A program made the translations under genes and the position numbers. From Candidatus Poseidoniaceae archaeon (GTDB lineage Archaea; Thermoplasmatota; Poseidoniia; Poseidoniales; Poseidoniaceae): a stretch of 64,000 nt of DNA. Location of the stretch: the NCBI GenBank assembly GCA_943788655.1, contig CALSRB010000007.1, positions 149,774-213,773 of the forward strand. Reading direction: 5' to 3'. A model generated the notes under the pieces. That model was not told the DNA's origin and did no database searches. It worked only from the letters and a program-made list of their open reading frames with translations. Positions 54,801 to 62,351 of the stretch are shown here, in pieces (the stretch's first letter is position 1; each line of letters begins with the position of its first letter).

Positions 54801-56956
54801 ATGTCGGCGATACCGTCGTTGTCGTCATCCCAGTCGATGTCGTTTTCGAGACCGTCTCCGTCGATATCGGAATCGACTGAGTTAGGTCCATCGTCACGGT
54901 ACAATGCTCCGTTGATGGCGTGAAGGTCTCCGTCGTTGTCGAGGTCACAATCTGGATCAATGTCGAGTGCATCGATGATTCCGTCGTTGTCGTCATCGAC
55001 GTCGTCCCAGTTTGCGATTCCATCGCCATCCCAGTCGTTGAATTGGGAGAAAGAGGCGCGTCGGGTTGTGCAGCGAGGGTCTGGGTTGGTTGGGTTGGGA
55101 TTTGCCGCGGTCGGGCAGTTCCATGTTGCAACATCAGCGGTCGTATCCAATGGGAATGCATCGAATTCATTCTCGATTTGATCGTCATCAAGATCGTATT
55201 CGAAGTTGCTTGCATCACCGCTTACAGTGATGTCGCCCAAGTTGTCAGGCGTGGTGGTCCCACCCATATCTGGGTCAAGCCAATCGTAGACAGCGTTGTA
55301 GTTCTGGTCGAACGGTCGCAATCGGTCGTCGTCGAGGTCTTGGTCGTAATCGATTTCACAGTCAGTGCTTCCGTCATTATCGCCGTCAGCACCAGGAATT
55401 TCGAAGTCCACATTGTTGACGCTTGCGACTGCGATGGACGCTCCACCGTTACCACCGCTGATGGTGATTTGAGTGCCAACGCTGTAACCGTATCCAGCCC
55501 TGTTAATCGTGACTGCTGTAACCGCACCGCCAGATGCTGGGTCCGCCACAATGTCAACGGTGAGTGCGGTTCCAGATTGGGAGGATGTGGCCACGTTCGT
55601 TGCAGTCACATAGCCAAGGCCGCCTGCAAGTGTGGCGGCATCGAGTGTGGTTGGCTCGCCGTTGAGCAAGCCGTTGTAATCGCCCTTGTTGTCACCGTTC
55701 ACGTCAATGTTGACACACACATCATGGATACCATCGTTGTCGTCATCGGGGTCTGACATGTCAAGAATACCATCGTTGTCATCGTCTGTGTCAGCGCTGT
55801 CTGGTGTTCCGTCGTTGTCGTTGTCCGGATCGAGGAAATTCGGGATCAGGTCACCGTCAAGGTCGCCATCCACAATTGTCGTGAAGGCAGGGGCGCCACT
55901 TGGAAAAGTGTCTGTGTACAAGGGTGCAGTTGCTGCGTTCACTCGGTTGAGTTCAGAACTGAGGAAGTTGACACCGCCTGAGTAAACTCGGTAGGAGTTG
56001 AAATCCCAAGTTTGTGCTGCGTCGAAAAGGTTGCCAGCTTCCGTGTGGCTGGTTGTGATCGATGCATCGTATGGGTGGGAGTCTTCGACATCGTCAACAC
56101 CGTCGCCGTCGTCATCGTTGTCGAAGTAGTCTTGAACACCATCGTTATCGAGGTCACAAGGCCACTTGAATTGGTCAATTCGTGCATCGTTGTCGTCATC
56201 TTCGTCGTATCGGCCAGGCCCCGAACCATCGCTGTCTTCGTCGGTAACGCCGTCGTTATCGTGGTCCATTGGATTCTGATCAGCGAGGTAGAACGGCCCG
56301 ACAGCCTGTCCAGTCCACGGGTGGATGATGTTCTCATCGAGTCGGCGGTCGGTTGAGACATTGCGAGGGTCCAAGCCAAGGGCTTCGAGTGCATCGATGT
56401 CAATTGGACCTTCGAGAATTCCGTCGTTGTCGTCGTCCCAGTCATCTGCGTCGAGAATTCCGTCGTTGTCGTGGTCGAATGGATGGGTGCCGTAGCAGCC
56501 GTCAAATCGCTCGAGCAAGTCGTAAATTCCATCGTTGTCGTCGTCAAGGTCGGCGAGGTCGTTGATTCCGTCGTTGTCGTGGTCATCTTTGCTTGATTCT
56601 TCAAGGAGACCGGCGTACATTGGTGCGAGTGCTTCGATGGCGCTCAGGTCGGTGATGATTCCAGACATCACACCAGGGTCGGCCCACATCAAATCAGTGA
56701 TCGAAGGGTGGCCGGTTTCGTGCCATGGATCATGGTCGCCGTTCCAGTCGCCTTGCCCGCCTTGTGCGGTTGATTGAGCGATGCTTTGCCCAATGCGTTG
56801 CCCTTCAACGAAGCCGATTGTTTCGGTTTCATCTTCTGCGCTGAAGTCTTGGACAACTGCAAGAAGGGTACTGGTCAGCATAAGGAATACAATTGTCAGC
56901 GACATGCTGAGTTTTTGTCGGTTTTGTAGGGTTTCTTTGTGTACGTTTGAGAGCAT
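48857..56956 (-). CDS. giant (2699 aa) surface protein with dozens of TSP3-type Ca-binding repeats, Ig/CarboxypepD_reg-like domains, a C-terminal TM and a DUF4129-like cytoplasmic domain
   Basis: N-terminal hydrophobic segment LSMSLTIVFLMLTSTLLAVV. DxDxDGxxDxxDxDDDNDG units repeat through the first 1100 aa or so. TM MALGVLLMALLIGGLIYY. A 162-aa tail has YETTREFESAV...LSIFEEARYSDH. Confidence 0.85.
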   Translation of the reverse strand: MLSNVHKETLQNRQKLSMSLTIVFLMLTSTLLAVVQDFSAEDETETIGFVEGQRIGQSIAQSTAQGGQGDWNGDHDPWHETGHPSITDLMWADPGVMSGIITDLSAIEALAPMYAGLLEESSKDDHDNDGINDLADLDDDNDGIYDLLERFDGCYGTHPFDHDNDGILDADDWDDDNDGILEGPIDIDALEALGLDPRNVSTDRRLDENIIHPWTGQAVGPFYLADQNPMDHDNDGVTDEDSDGSGPGRYDEDDDNDARIDQFKWPCDLDNDGVQDYFDNDDDGDGVDDVEDSHPYDASITTSHTEAGNLFDAAQTWDFNSYRVYSGGVNFLSSELNRVNAATAPLYTDTFPSGAPAFTTIVDGDLDGDLIPNFLDPDNDNDGTPDSADTDDDNDGILDMSDPDDDNDGIHDVCVNIDVNGDNKGDYNGLLNGEPTTLDAATLAGGLGYVTATNVATSSQSGTALTVDIVADPASGGAVTAVTINRAGYGYSVGTQITISGGNGGASIAVASVNNVDFEIPGADGDNDGSTDCEIDYDQDLDDDRLRPFDQNYNAVYDWLDPDMGGTTTPDNLGDITVSGDASNFEYDLDDDQIENEFDAFPLDTTADVATWNCPTAANPNPTNPDPRCTTRRASFSQFNDWDGDGIANWDDVDDDNDGIIDALDIDPDCDLDNDGDLHAINGALYRDDGPNSVDSDIDGDGLENDIDWDDDNDGIADIYDPDDGNCGVVDYDSSDAFARPYYPVDDGGDLDGSQDSTPYGDAPDDHWNLLFWHNPFADVMLNYNGYDATTSPATPGTVPEFYWFMFARWSPYNGGNDWDIDADGDSLTNGLDTDQDADGLPDWWDQDEANDGIMDTDDPKMGGSFNLTQCGWTAGNLGSGHTCGYQYAVAYHMPLNGVNAQFGSPYSTRPDAFVDQGATAGGPSGNWSCTPGAQGGCYHYDFGGDGTIESGITHFQMTDNRDAFVTWVGLSTGLWQWTSDNGPVADFPDELGADLLKNDVDGDIDGDFTNMTVDLDNDYDSVFDWYDVDDDNDGIWDYFEIDSDDDWDNDAGQENGNFFSGTNCEDNDDDGNDADIDEDGFFQAVWDQGIMSQGLREPSLYDVDNDNDGVPDAEDTDDDNNGILDVDQELLPGCFWGEEESPFDHDNDGIVNWADNDWDGDGIPNNVELAISITQAFDHDNDGARDDIDEDDDEDGMKDEDEVLLWPTRFDRNSTNPWDHDDFGNGEGIANPLDSNTGPDAIDQDDDNDTRDDLDFNHLEETYTSSPCYNGAESSDWDSDNDCTLDADDKAPTFITFNPPNDLWLDAQTPSIFSGYVEWVNPVTLQQEPAVGMPVQVHIEWTGNNTTAIETIDVLTTASGNFSVGQFLYPEDLTVGDNTTYRVYAEVTEMFVFDGAQSQSYYVGAEANLTADIFMNSYFRSDEQPFWVDMWSYYTADVQRGIFNNLIPSVPMTFSVRGGVFGNLTHPTNFTGLGGDGYRSGPSGLVSVTFVQDIGINGIWKQIQWNSTRDNGVGKVPGGYEEVAWNSNTGMLEPLLDSNGDIIEYDYTNTSLPAGDYEVTASVKPELATEWPFPYLHGDDTEAQSIRVMHRMNIEAQMILSGVNPVYYFDATINNGDGSFGNWATLYHEQALNGAGLVFSDISKSKPYPTNWDGTPETLIGEAANLRDFISTNSTHWFINLVNGGDGDLPPCGAVDPTDPNSLVRCEIVPEMNTGDSLQVIGEVSNRTNEPWDADPVALQVDVDGNGQFLGAGETAYTQRPVMNNGVAEFDYNWSWYSQYGSGTYGMRVDFTNSAYYFTGNSSTLAATGAYINVTVVGTTDFQTTSLPRLYRNSSTTIQAKLVDNSLQPVRNAAVNYTWSADGRSGVNYTDDNGFFEVPFNISAQDPLGKYSLQFEFAGTSLLKGNTMVQEVWVVSRTYLSVVSVDPNLRQSGDRWDFTAQVVDDNKTSIRDSGGAALDGANSGLVDVIFEGSDFNGVFHRQVVATLAPAAGLISLPEPQPDNSHLCFYDGNGDNVPDRDFNQDGILDRNETVGCLKSNISPLNPQLLRDDPESFLPDGFGPVNVILRFEENLPNEGCEALQPTSLTIQGAWDPCTSVPGNDHFRLKMTNNANGFSLIGRTSLTVDDQIVYTSEVNPVTGEVVPKPMVVTGQLQDELGTNLTNRNIRVSYEMINGQSNPTSCQAGMTDMDGRYSILCPLSDVMAGKAKVTVTYSSYDNNDAYRYENKTVLTEFDVFSNSTLAINEVGPFKSSVESWTAPNGSNYPVLYLKESFHLDGKLTQSNGQFVGGKCLNIYLDPDQNIRPVSTIRTSEIDGTIEWFSGDPSQNPTLKGVETTGGKLEGFRTLRLAYEPDVNVPGGCDKDPSNVLNGSFVDMEILVRSRIDLQVKQTWSHLAGNGLDNGEAVIGSVALLRDRLDLAVENEEVWFVRQYWSEADAQWVIEGTNKSKTNEQGVAEFEWAFAGTTCDGETCDGQWRIIAYYPGSTYFAESQDNITHELVYEIRSSIDAQSGFFTPARGMALGVLLMALLIGGLIYYQRAQERRQVQALKGILTDTMMQLEASNEYIAAIFDCYKSLVKHFKRYGFMKKVYETTREFESAVRSAFNMVPAEQLSDFLSIFEEARYSDHTIDASHRDRALQTLQTIVTSLTVALGEEGSVTRKELVGLYDKQTKAGEFVAADGTVRQAGIVEGEGTDFKI

Positions 56957-56993
56957 GTTGGCACCTCTGGAATCACCTTTCCACCGTCATGCC

Positions 56994-57003
56994 CTATTTC
57001 AAA
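56994..57003 (-). promoter_or_regulatory. TATA-like TTTGAAATAG about 40 nt upstream of the ATG at 56956
   Basis: It has the same TTGAAATA core as the element upstream of tRNA-Cys. GGTGAT lies about 15 nt before the ATG. Confidence 0.3.
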
Positions 57004-57103
57004 GGCGTGGCGCGAGTGGAACTAAGGGTATCACAGAACCCATTGAGTATCATCGCCAGAGAAATGAAATTCTGAATGAAAAGCATGGCTCAATGCGCTG
57101 ATT

Positions 57104-57148
57104 ATAAAAAAAGAAAAAGGGATTCTCGAGGGGCGAACCCCTCGAGAA
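57104..57148 (-). terminator. intrinsic-terminator-like element: perfect 11-bp hairpin followed by a T-tract
   Basis: On the minus strand, TTCTCGAGGGG-ttcg-CCCCTCGAGAA (57123-57148) is followed by CCCTTTTTCTTTTTTTATAAT. It begins 56 nt downstream of the stop at 57204. Confidence 0.65.
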
Positions 57149-57203
57149 CCCGGCTCACCCGATGCCTCGACATCGGTGGTATCGATGTTCAATCAATCAA
57201 ACT

Positions 57204-58952
57204 TCAAGCTTCGAGTTCATCGAGGATGCCGTCGTCGTCGTCGTCGTCATCTTCGTTGTCGTCGAGTCCGTCGTTGTCGTGATCGAATTGACCCGTAAGG
57301 GAGTTACCGTCGTTTTGCTCAAACCAGTCGAGCAATCCGTCGTTATCGTCATCGTTATCGGTAGCGTCCCAAATTCCGTCGTTGTCGTGGTCGTAGCGGT
57401 AAGCGCCGGTAGCACCGTTGATTTCGTCGACGTCAAGAATGTCGTCGTTGTCGTCATCGGTGTCCTCTGCGTCGTTCATGCCATCGTTGTCATGATCGCG
57501 CATTCGGTCTTCGCCAGCGTCCATAACGCCGTTGTTGTTCACGTCTTCCCAATCGTTTCGGTTGTCAATGCCATCGTTGTCGATGTCGAGGTCCACAGCA
57601 TCGGTGATGCCGTCGTTGTCGTGGTCATAGATGTTGGAGTTAGGGTCTGCGTCGTTCACTTCTTCAGTGTCGTCGATTCCATCTCCGTCATCGTCTGAGT
57701 CTTCAGCGTCGTCAAGTCCATCGTTGTCGTGATCCATAGGGTTCTCGTCAACGGTGTCTGGAATGCCGTCGTTGTCATCGTCGTTGTCAACATCGTTAGG
57801 GATGCCGTCGCCGTCGTTGTCGTTTTCGCCATTTTCAGCTTGGTTGTCAAGTTGTTGACCTTGCTGCTGGTCGGTCTGTTGTCCCTGTTGGCCTTGTTGA
57901 CCGTTTTGGGTTTGACCTTGCTGCTGCTCGCTCTGACCGTTCTGGTTTTGTCCGTTCTGGTTTTCGCTTTGTTGGTCACCTTGCTGGCCGCCTTGTTCGC
58001 CGCCTTGCTGTTGTTGACCTTGGCCGTTGTCTTGTTGCTGACCTTGCTGACCTTGCTGACCTTGCTGACCTTGCTGACCTTGTTGGCCCTGCTGTCCTTG
58101 CTGTCCTTGCTGTCCTTGCTGGCCCTGCTGACCTTGCTGTCCTTGCTGTCCTTGCTGACCTTGTTGACCCTGTTGTCCTTGACCTTGGCCTTGTTGTTGG
58201 CCTTGTCCTTGTCCTTGTCCCTGACCTTGTCCTTGACCTTGTCCTTGACCTTGTCCTTGACCTTGTCCTTGACCTTGTCCTTGACCTTGTCCTTGACCTT
58301 GTCCTTGACCTTGTCCTTGACCTTGTCCTTGACCTTGTCCTTGACCTTGTCCCTGACCTTGTCCTTGACCTTGTCCTTGACCTTGTCCTTGACCTTGTCC
58401 TTGACCTTGTCCTTGACCTTGTCCTTGACCAGGTGCTGGGTTTTGGGCTCCGGCGTCGGATTCGCCGCCACCTTCAGTGCCGCCGTCACCAGCGCCTGCG
58501 TCAGATTCCGAGAAATCTGGGTCGTATGCGTCTGGGATACCGTCACCGTCAGAGTCGGAGTATTCACCGTCGTTCGGATCGTTCGGGAACGAGTCAACGT
58601 TGTCGGCCTTGCCGTCGCCGTCGGTGTCGGCGTTGTTCGGGTTGGTACCCGATGCATACTCTTGGGCGTTGGTCAAGCCATCGCCGTCAGGATCTGCATT
58701 TCCGTCGCCACCATTGGTTGGGTTAAGGCCGTTGGAGACTTCCCAACCATCTGGTAGTCCGTCGCCATCGCTGTCTGCATTGTTCATATTAGTGCCTTGG
58801 TTCTGTTCCTCGGAGTTGGTGAGACCGTCACCGTCCCAATCGGCGCCACCATCAGATGGGTCGAGTGGGTCAGATCCGTCACCGCTCACTGCAGAAACTG
58901 CAGAGAGAGCAAGGAACATTGCAATTAGCACGCTCATTATTTTCTTATTCAT
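57204..58952 (-). CDS. secreted TSP3-repeat protein with a long Gly/Gln low-complexity core
   Basis: ATG at 58952 (after GGAAGTGA) gives MNKKIMSVLIAMFLALSAVSAVSG. DSDGDGLPDGWE and DTDGDGKADN repeats, then about 190 aa of GQ/QQG repeats, then DNDGDGIPND and DHDNDG repeats. There is no C-terminal TM. Confidence 0.8.
   Translation of the reverse strand: MNKKIMSVLIAMFLALSAVSAVSGDGSDPLDPSDGGADWDGDGLTNSEEQNQGTNMNNADSDGDGLPDGWEVSNGLNPTNGGDGNADPDGDGLTNAQEYASGTNPNNADTDGDGKADNVDSFPNDPNDGEYSDSDGDGIPDAYDPDFSESDAGAGDGGTEGGGESDAGAQNPAPGQGQGQGQGQGQGQGQGQGQGQGQGQGQGQGQGQGQGQGQGQGQGQGQGQGQGQGQGQGQGQGQGQGQGQGQGQGQGQQQGQGQGQQGQQGQQGQQGQQGQQGQQGQQGQQGQQGQQGQQGQQGQQGQQGQQQDNGQGQQQQGGEQGGQQGDQQSENQNGQNQNGQSEQQQGQTQNGQQGQQGQQTDQQQGQQLDNQAENGENDNDGDGIPNDVDNDDDNDGIPDTVDENPMDHDNDGLDDAEDSDDDGDGIDDTEEVNDADPNSNIYDHDNDGITDAVDLDIDNDGIDNRNDWEDVNNNGVMDAGEDRMRDHDNDGMNDAEDTDDDNDDILDVDEINGATGAYRYDHDNDGIWDATDNDDDNDGLLDWFEQNDGNSLTGQFDHDNDGLDDNEDDDDDDDGILDELEA
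58033..58430. repeat. coding micro/minisatellite: 9-bp units (ccttgctgN) then 6/12-bp units (ccttgtccttga)
   Basis: Read directly. The 9-bp units at 58033-58180 encode QQG repeats, and the near-perfect ccttgN hexamers at 58201-58430 encode (GQ)n. Confidence 0.95.
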
Positions 58953-59303
58953 GTTTTTCACTTCCTATTTTTTTGGTTGTTGTTACACAGAGAACCCGCT
59001 GTTCTCTCTTTCCAGATTGCTGGCCCAGCTGGTGGGAAGGCAATTCTGGGATTGTGTTGATGCTGCGCACTGAATCATGTTGTTTTCCAAGCGCTCAACA
59101 AGGGGGTAAATGGACACTTTAGCAACGCTAAAATGTGCATCGAACTGGCTCGCAGTTCTTTGATTCTGTCCCTTGCTGTATGTCTTGTCTTGATCCTCCG
59201 AATGCATCGTTATTTCACGGGTCGGTCATAGGGAACCCAACGTTCCCTCTGATAACCACAACAGTCCGACCCTATATGAAAGGCGCGACGCGATGTTTGG
59301 GGG

Positions 59304-60041
59304 TCATTGTGCATGAACCATGGCTGGGGGCAACAGGATTGACGCCCGCATCGAGAGCACAAACCTGGTCACAAGATCTGCGAGGTTTTCATCAGCAAAG
59401 GCGTGAAGACGTGCATCGCCGTTTCCTTTCGAGGGCGAAAAGAGGTTGAGTGGTTTTGCTTGCCTGCTCAGTGCGATCTTGGCTGCACGTATGGCGTTTG
59501 AGCTGGGCAATCCACCAATTCCATCAAGCCCGTTGCCGAGGAAATGTGCGAGCTTGCCTTGCTTAACGCCGTCTCTCCCTTCCATGGCAAGCATGCCAAG
59601 AATGATGAATTGATCGCGTGTTGGCGCATCCCAGCGTTGGTAGTCTCCTGAAAACCGTTGTTCAAGTTTTGAAAAAAACTTTGAATGGAGTTCGGAAAGA
59701 TTTTCTTTTCTCGGGGCATCGACGCGTGTTCTTTTTGTTAGGTGTGCATCGTTTGGTAAGATTTCTCTGAAATCTTCCCATTTGTATGCAACTTCAAACC
59801 AGTTGGATAATTTCTCAGAAAAATATGGATCGGGGCCCCGTAAATTCCAAACGCTGCGCTTGATCAATTCTGGTGCGAGTGCGGAAAACCCCTCTGGATC
59901 CTTTTCAGCAAGGGTTTGGAGTGCTTTGAGGTATTTTTCATTGCGCGACTTTTGAAGGTCGGCGTCTGCTGACATGGATTGTTCCTGTACGGAGGTTCCA
60001 TAATATGGTTTGTTCTTGTTGATTTGTCTTTGGTTCATCAT
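59304..60041 (-). CDS. hypothetical protein (245 aa)
   Basis: ATGATG start preceded by GGAGGGGA. No family recognised. Confidence 0.55.
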   Translation of the reverse strand: MMNQRQINKNKPYYGTSVQEQSMSADADLQKSRNEKYLKALQTLAEKDPEGFSALAPELIKRSVWNLRGPDPYFSEKLSNWFEVAYKWEDFREILPNDAHLTKRTRVDAPRKENLSELHSKFFSKLEQRFSGDYQRWDAPTRDQFIILGMLAMEGRDGVKQGKLAHFLGNGLDGIGGLPSSNAIRAAKIALSRQAKPLNLFSPSKGNGDARLHAFADENLADLVTRFVLSMRASILLPPAMVHAQ

Positions 60042-60181
60042 ATCCCCTCCAAACGACTCACGTCATAGGAAGATCACATACGGTGTGGTTTATTTGTTTC
60101 ATTCTTGTTTCACAAAATCGCAGGAGCGATGTATGGTTTCTCACAAGCGGAACATTGCTACTGTATTTAATTGAATATAAT

Positions 60182-60721
60182 TTAATTTGAAGATAAACGC
60201 TTCATCATTGAACGGTGGGGGCCAATGTTTTGGATCGTGTATGGCTCATCAACGACTTCCCAACCTTGTGATTGGTAAAATGGTATGGCGGCTTCTCTCG
60301 CCTGTAAAAGCCCCACTTTCGCAGAGAAGTGGGCGGCGCTCGCCCGCTCGAGGGCGTTGAGAACTTCGCTCGCATGGCCTTGCCGAAGGGCTTCGTCTCG
60401 CGTACCCATCTGACGAATTTGAATGGCTGGGCGGTTTTCTGGATCAGCCAAAGGGCCGAACGCCGGGCATTTGGTGGCTCCTGGACCGGCATGATCTGGG
60501 GCTGAACCGTCGCTCTCTTCAGGGATCAAATGGGCCCGGCCTACGGCAAGAACATGTTCGCCATCGCTCACCCAAGCGTGAATGGCCGCATCATCATCAT
60601 CAAGCAACTCAGCACCGCGTTCGAAACCTAGGGGGCGGCGCAAGACATCGTATCGACAATCGTAATACGAAGCCGAAGGTGTGCCCGGCGGCATCATAAT
60701 GGATGGATTGACGATTTTCAT
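60182..60721 (-). CDS. GNAT-family N-acetyltransferase
   Basis: IQIRQMGTRDEALRQGHASEVL (motif A-like R/Q-x-x-G-x-A) and the C-terminal AIPFYQSQGWEVV, typical of GNAT. Confidence 0.65.
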   Translation of the reverse strand: MKIVNPSIMMPPGTPSASYYDCRYDVLRRPLGFERGAELLDDDDAAIHAWVSDGEHVLAVGRAHLIPEESDGSAPDHAGPGATKCPAFGPLADPENRPAIQIRQMGTRDEALRQGHASEVLNALERASAAHFSAKVGLLQAREAAIPFYQSQGWEVVDEPYTIQNIGPHRSMMKRLSSN

Positions 60722-60785
60722 AGGACCGCTTCATCTGACTCCATTCCACGACGGAATTTAACCCTGTGGAAGTTTTGAGGTCGCG

Positions 60786-60794
60786 TTGAAATAT
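60786..60794 (+). promoter_or_regulatory. TATA-like TTGAAATAT about 29 nt upstream of tRNA-Cys
   Basis: The spacing to the mature 5' end (60819) fits archaeal promoters. Confidence 0.4.
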
Positions 60795-60818
60795 GACATG
60801 CGAATCCGGTAGAACACT

Positions 60819-60889
60819 GCACGGGTGTCGGAGCGGCTACGTCGGGGATTGCAAATCCTCTTACCTGGGTTCAAATCCCAGCCTGTGCT
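60819..60889 (+). tRNA. tRNA-Cys (anticodon GCA), weak D-arm
   Basis: Acceptor GCACGGG/CCTGTGC (one G-T pair). Anticodon stem GGGGA/TCCTC with loop TTGCAAA (GCA at 60851-60853). Variable loop TTAC. T-arm CTGGG-TTCAAAT-CCCAG. Discriminator T. The D-stem pairs poorly in my hand fold. Confidence 0.65.
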
Positions 60890-60997
60890 CTTCTCAATCG
60901 AAACAGCGTATTGCGTTGAATCCACGCGCAGTCTTGATATTCAATGGCTCGTTCGTGAAGCCATTGGATAGGCTTGACCTAGACGCGAGGAATCACC

Positions 60998-62131
60998 ATG
61001 CCAGAGGTCAATCGAACCCTTTCTGATGTCGGCATCGGCTTTGCTGCTTTTCTCGCCCCACCGGGCCCGGAAGTGATTCGGTTCACCGTCGGGCAGCCTG
61101 ATTTTGACACACCAATTTCAGTTGTCAATGCTGCAAAGGACGCACTTGATCGTGGCGAAACGGCCTACACGCGAACACAAGGCTCTGTTGAATTGTGCGA
61201 AGCTGTCGCCCAGCACCTCACCGTTCACACCATCGAAGCCGATCCTGCAGATGTGGTTGTCACCCCGGGTTGCAAGCAAGCTGTCCTCTATGGACTCATG
61301 GCGATCTTGGACGCTGGCGACGAAGTGTTGTTGCTTTCACCGGCATGGCCGTCGTATGATGGTATGGTCAAACTCACCGGCGCTGTCCCGATTCACGTGC
61401 CTGTGAAACGAGAAAACTACCACCCCAACTTCGAAAACCTCGAGGCTGCAGTCACCTCGAAAACAAAAGCCATCATGCTCAATTCACCAAACAACCCGAC
61501 GGGGGCTGTCTACACGCCTGAAGAAGTCGAGGAGATTGTTGCCTTCGCCATCAAGCATGATCTTTGGATTCTTGATGACATGATTTACGCCACACTTGTG
61601 TGGTCAGACCACCCTTACACCTCCCCGTGCACCATTCCTGGGGGCGCCGAGCGTACGATCACCATCGGGGGATGGTCCAAAGGATGGGCCATGACCGGTT
61701 GGCGACTGGGGTGGATAACAGGGCCGAAAGTCGTGATGGATGGCGTCAAGAAGATCAACGTCAGTGCAGCCACCCATGTCGCCACGTTCATGATGCCTGC
61801 AGCCACTGTTGCTCTGAGTTTGGAAGAAGAGACGGCTGCGATGGCAGCCTCGTTCAAAGAGCGCTGTGAATTGATTCACGGATTGCTTAGTGAACTTCCA
61901 GGCGTGGTTGTTCCAAAACCGGAAGGAGCGTTCTATGCCTTTTGTGACATCACTGGAACTGGCATGACTGACATCGAATTTGCAGAGCGGGCGCTCAGCG
62001 AAGCAAAGGTGCAGCTCATCCCAGGATCCTTGCTTGAAGGCGGTGAAGGTTATGTTCGAATTTCATACGCTACGTCTCCTGAAAACATTCGCGAAGGCGT
62101 TCGTCGCCTGAGTGAGTGGTTGAATGCTTGA
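60998..62131 (+). CDS. class I/II PLP-dependent aminotransferase (aspartate/aromatic type)
   Basis: NSPNNPTGAVY, the PLP-lysine block GWSKGWAMTGWRLGW and the C-terminal VRISYA. The ATG is preceded by GAGG. Confidence 0.85.
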   Translation: MPEVNRTLSDVGIGFAAFLAPPGPEVIRFTVGQPDFDTPISVVNAAKDALDRGETAYTRTQGSVELCEAVAQHLTVHTIEADPADVVVTPGCKQAVLYGLMAILDAGDEVLLLSPAWPSYDGMVKLTGAVPIHVPVKRENYHPNFENLEAAVTSKTKAIMLNSPNNPTGAVYTPEEVEEIVAFAIKHDLWILDDMIYATLVWSDHPYTSPCTIPGGAERTITIGGWSKGWAMTGWRLGWITGPKVVMDGVKKINVSAATHVATFMMPAATVALSLEEETAAMAASFKERCELIHGLLSELPGVVVPKPEGAFYAFCDITGTGMTDIEFAERALSEAKVQLIPGSLLEGGEGYVRISYATSPENIREGVRRLSEWLNA

Positions 62132-62351
62132 GCAGTGGGTAGGGAGTGTACTGGGGAACTGAACACCCATTGTACTCCCACATAATCTCATGAGGGGTTT
62201 GCAAGAACCCTCGTGATTCCGTGGGAATGATATGTCGGTTGGCTGTATCAACCCACAAGAGACGGTGTGAACTTTTCTAGAATATTTGAGGGTATTCTGC
62301 TCGGTTCCTGCGACTTCGTGGTAATGATATGTTGTAAGATTTAACAGATTA

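Noticed and set aside
58033-58430. Regular short repeats that might be a CRISPR array
   Set aside because: The units are 6-12 bp and contiguous, with no unique spacers. They lie in frame inside a coding region and no cas genes are nearby, so this is a coding satellite and not a CRISPR array.
52448-58757. Long plus-strand and alternate-frame ORFs inside the giant genes (e.g. 52448..53158, 54920..55756, 57162..57698, 57729..58757, and 57656..58657 on the minus strand)
   Set aside because: They lie antisense to, or out of frame with, GAY/GGN-rich TSP3 repeats and the GQ satellite, which keep several frames open. Their translations are low-complexity (poly-V/I, LT/LS or KDKV repeats) with no start context.
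60793-61026. ORF 60793..61026 (+)
   Set aside because: It covers the tRNA-Cys gene and the aminotransferase upstream region. This is spurious.
28048-62131. tRNA-adjacent integrated mobile element (tRNA-Arg, tRNA-Pro, tRNA-Cys as att sites)
   Set aside because: No integrase, transposase or partial tRNA direct repeat was seen next to any of the three tRNAs. Only the composition shift after 62132 remains as a lead, and it is reported separately.
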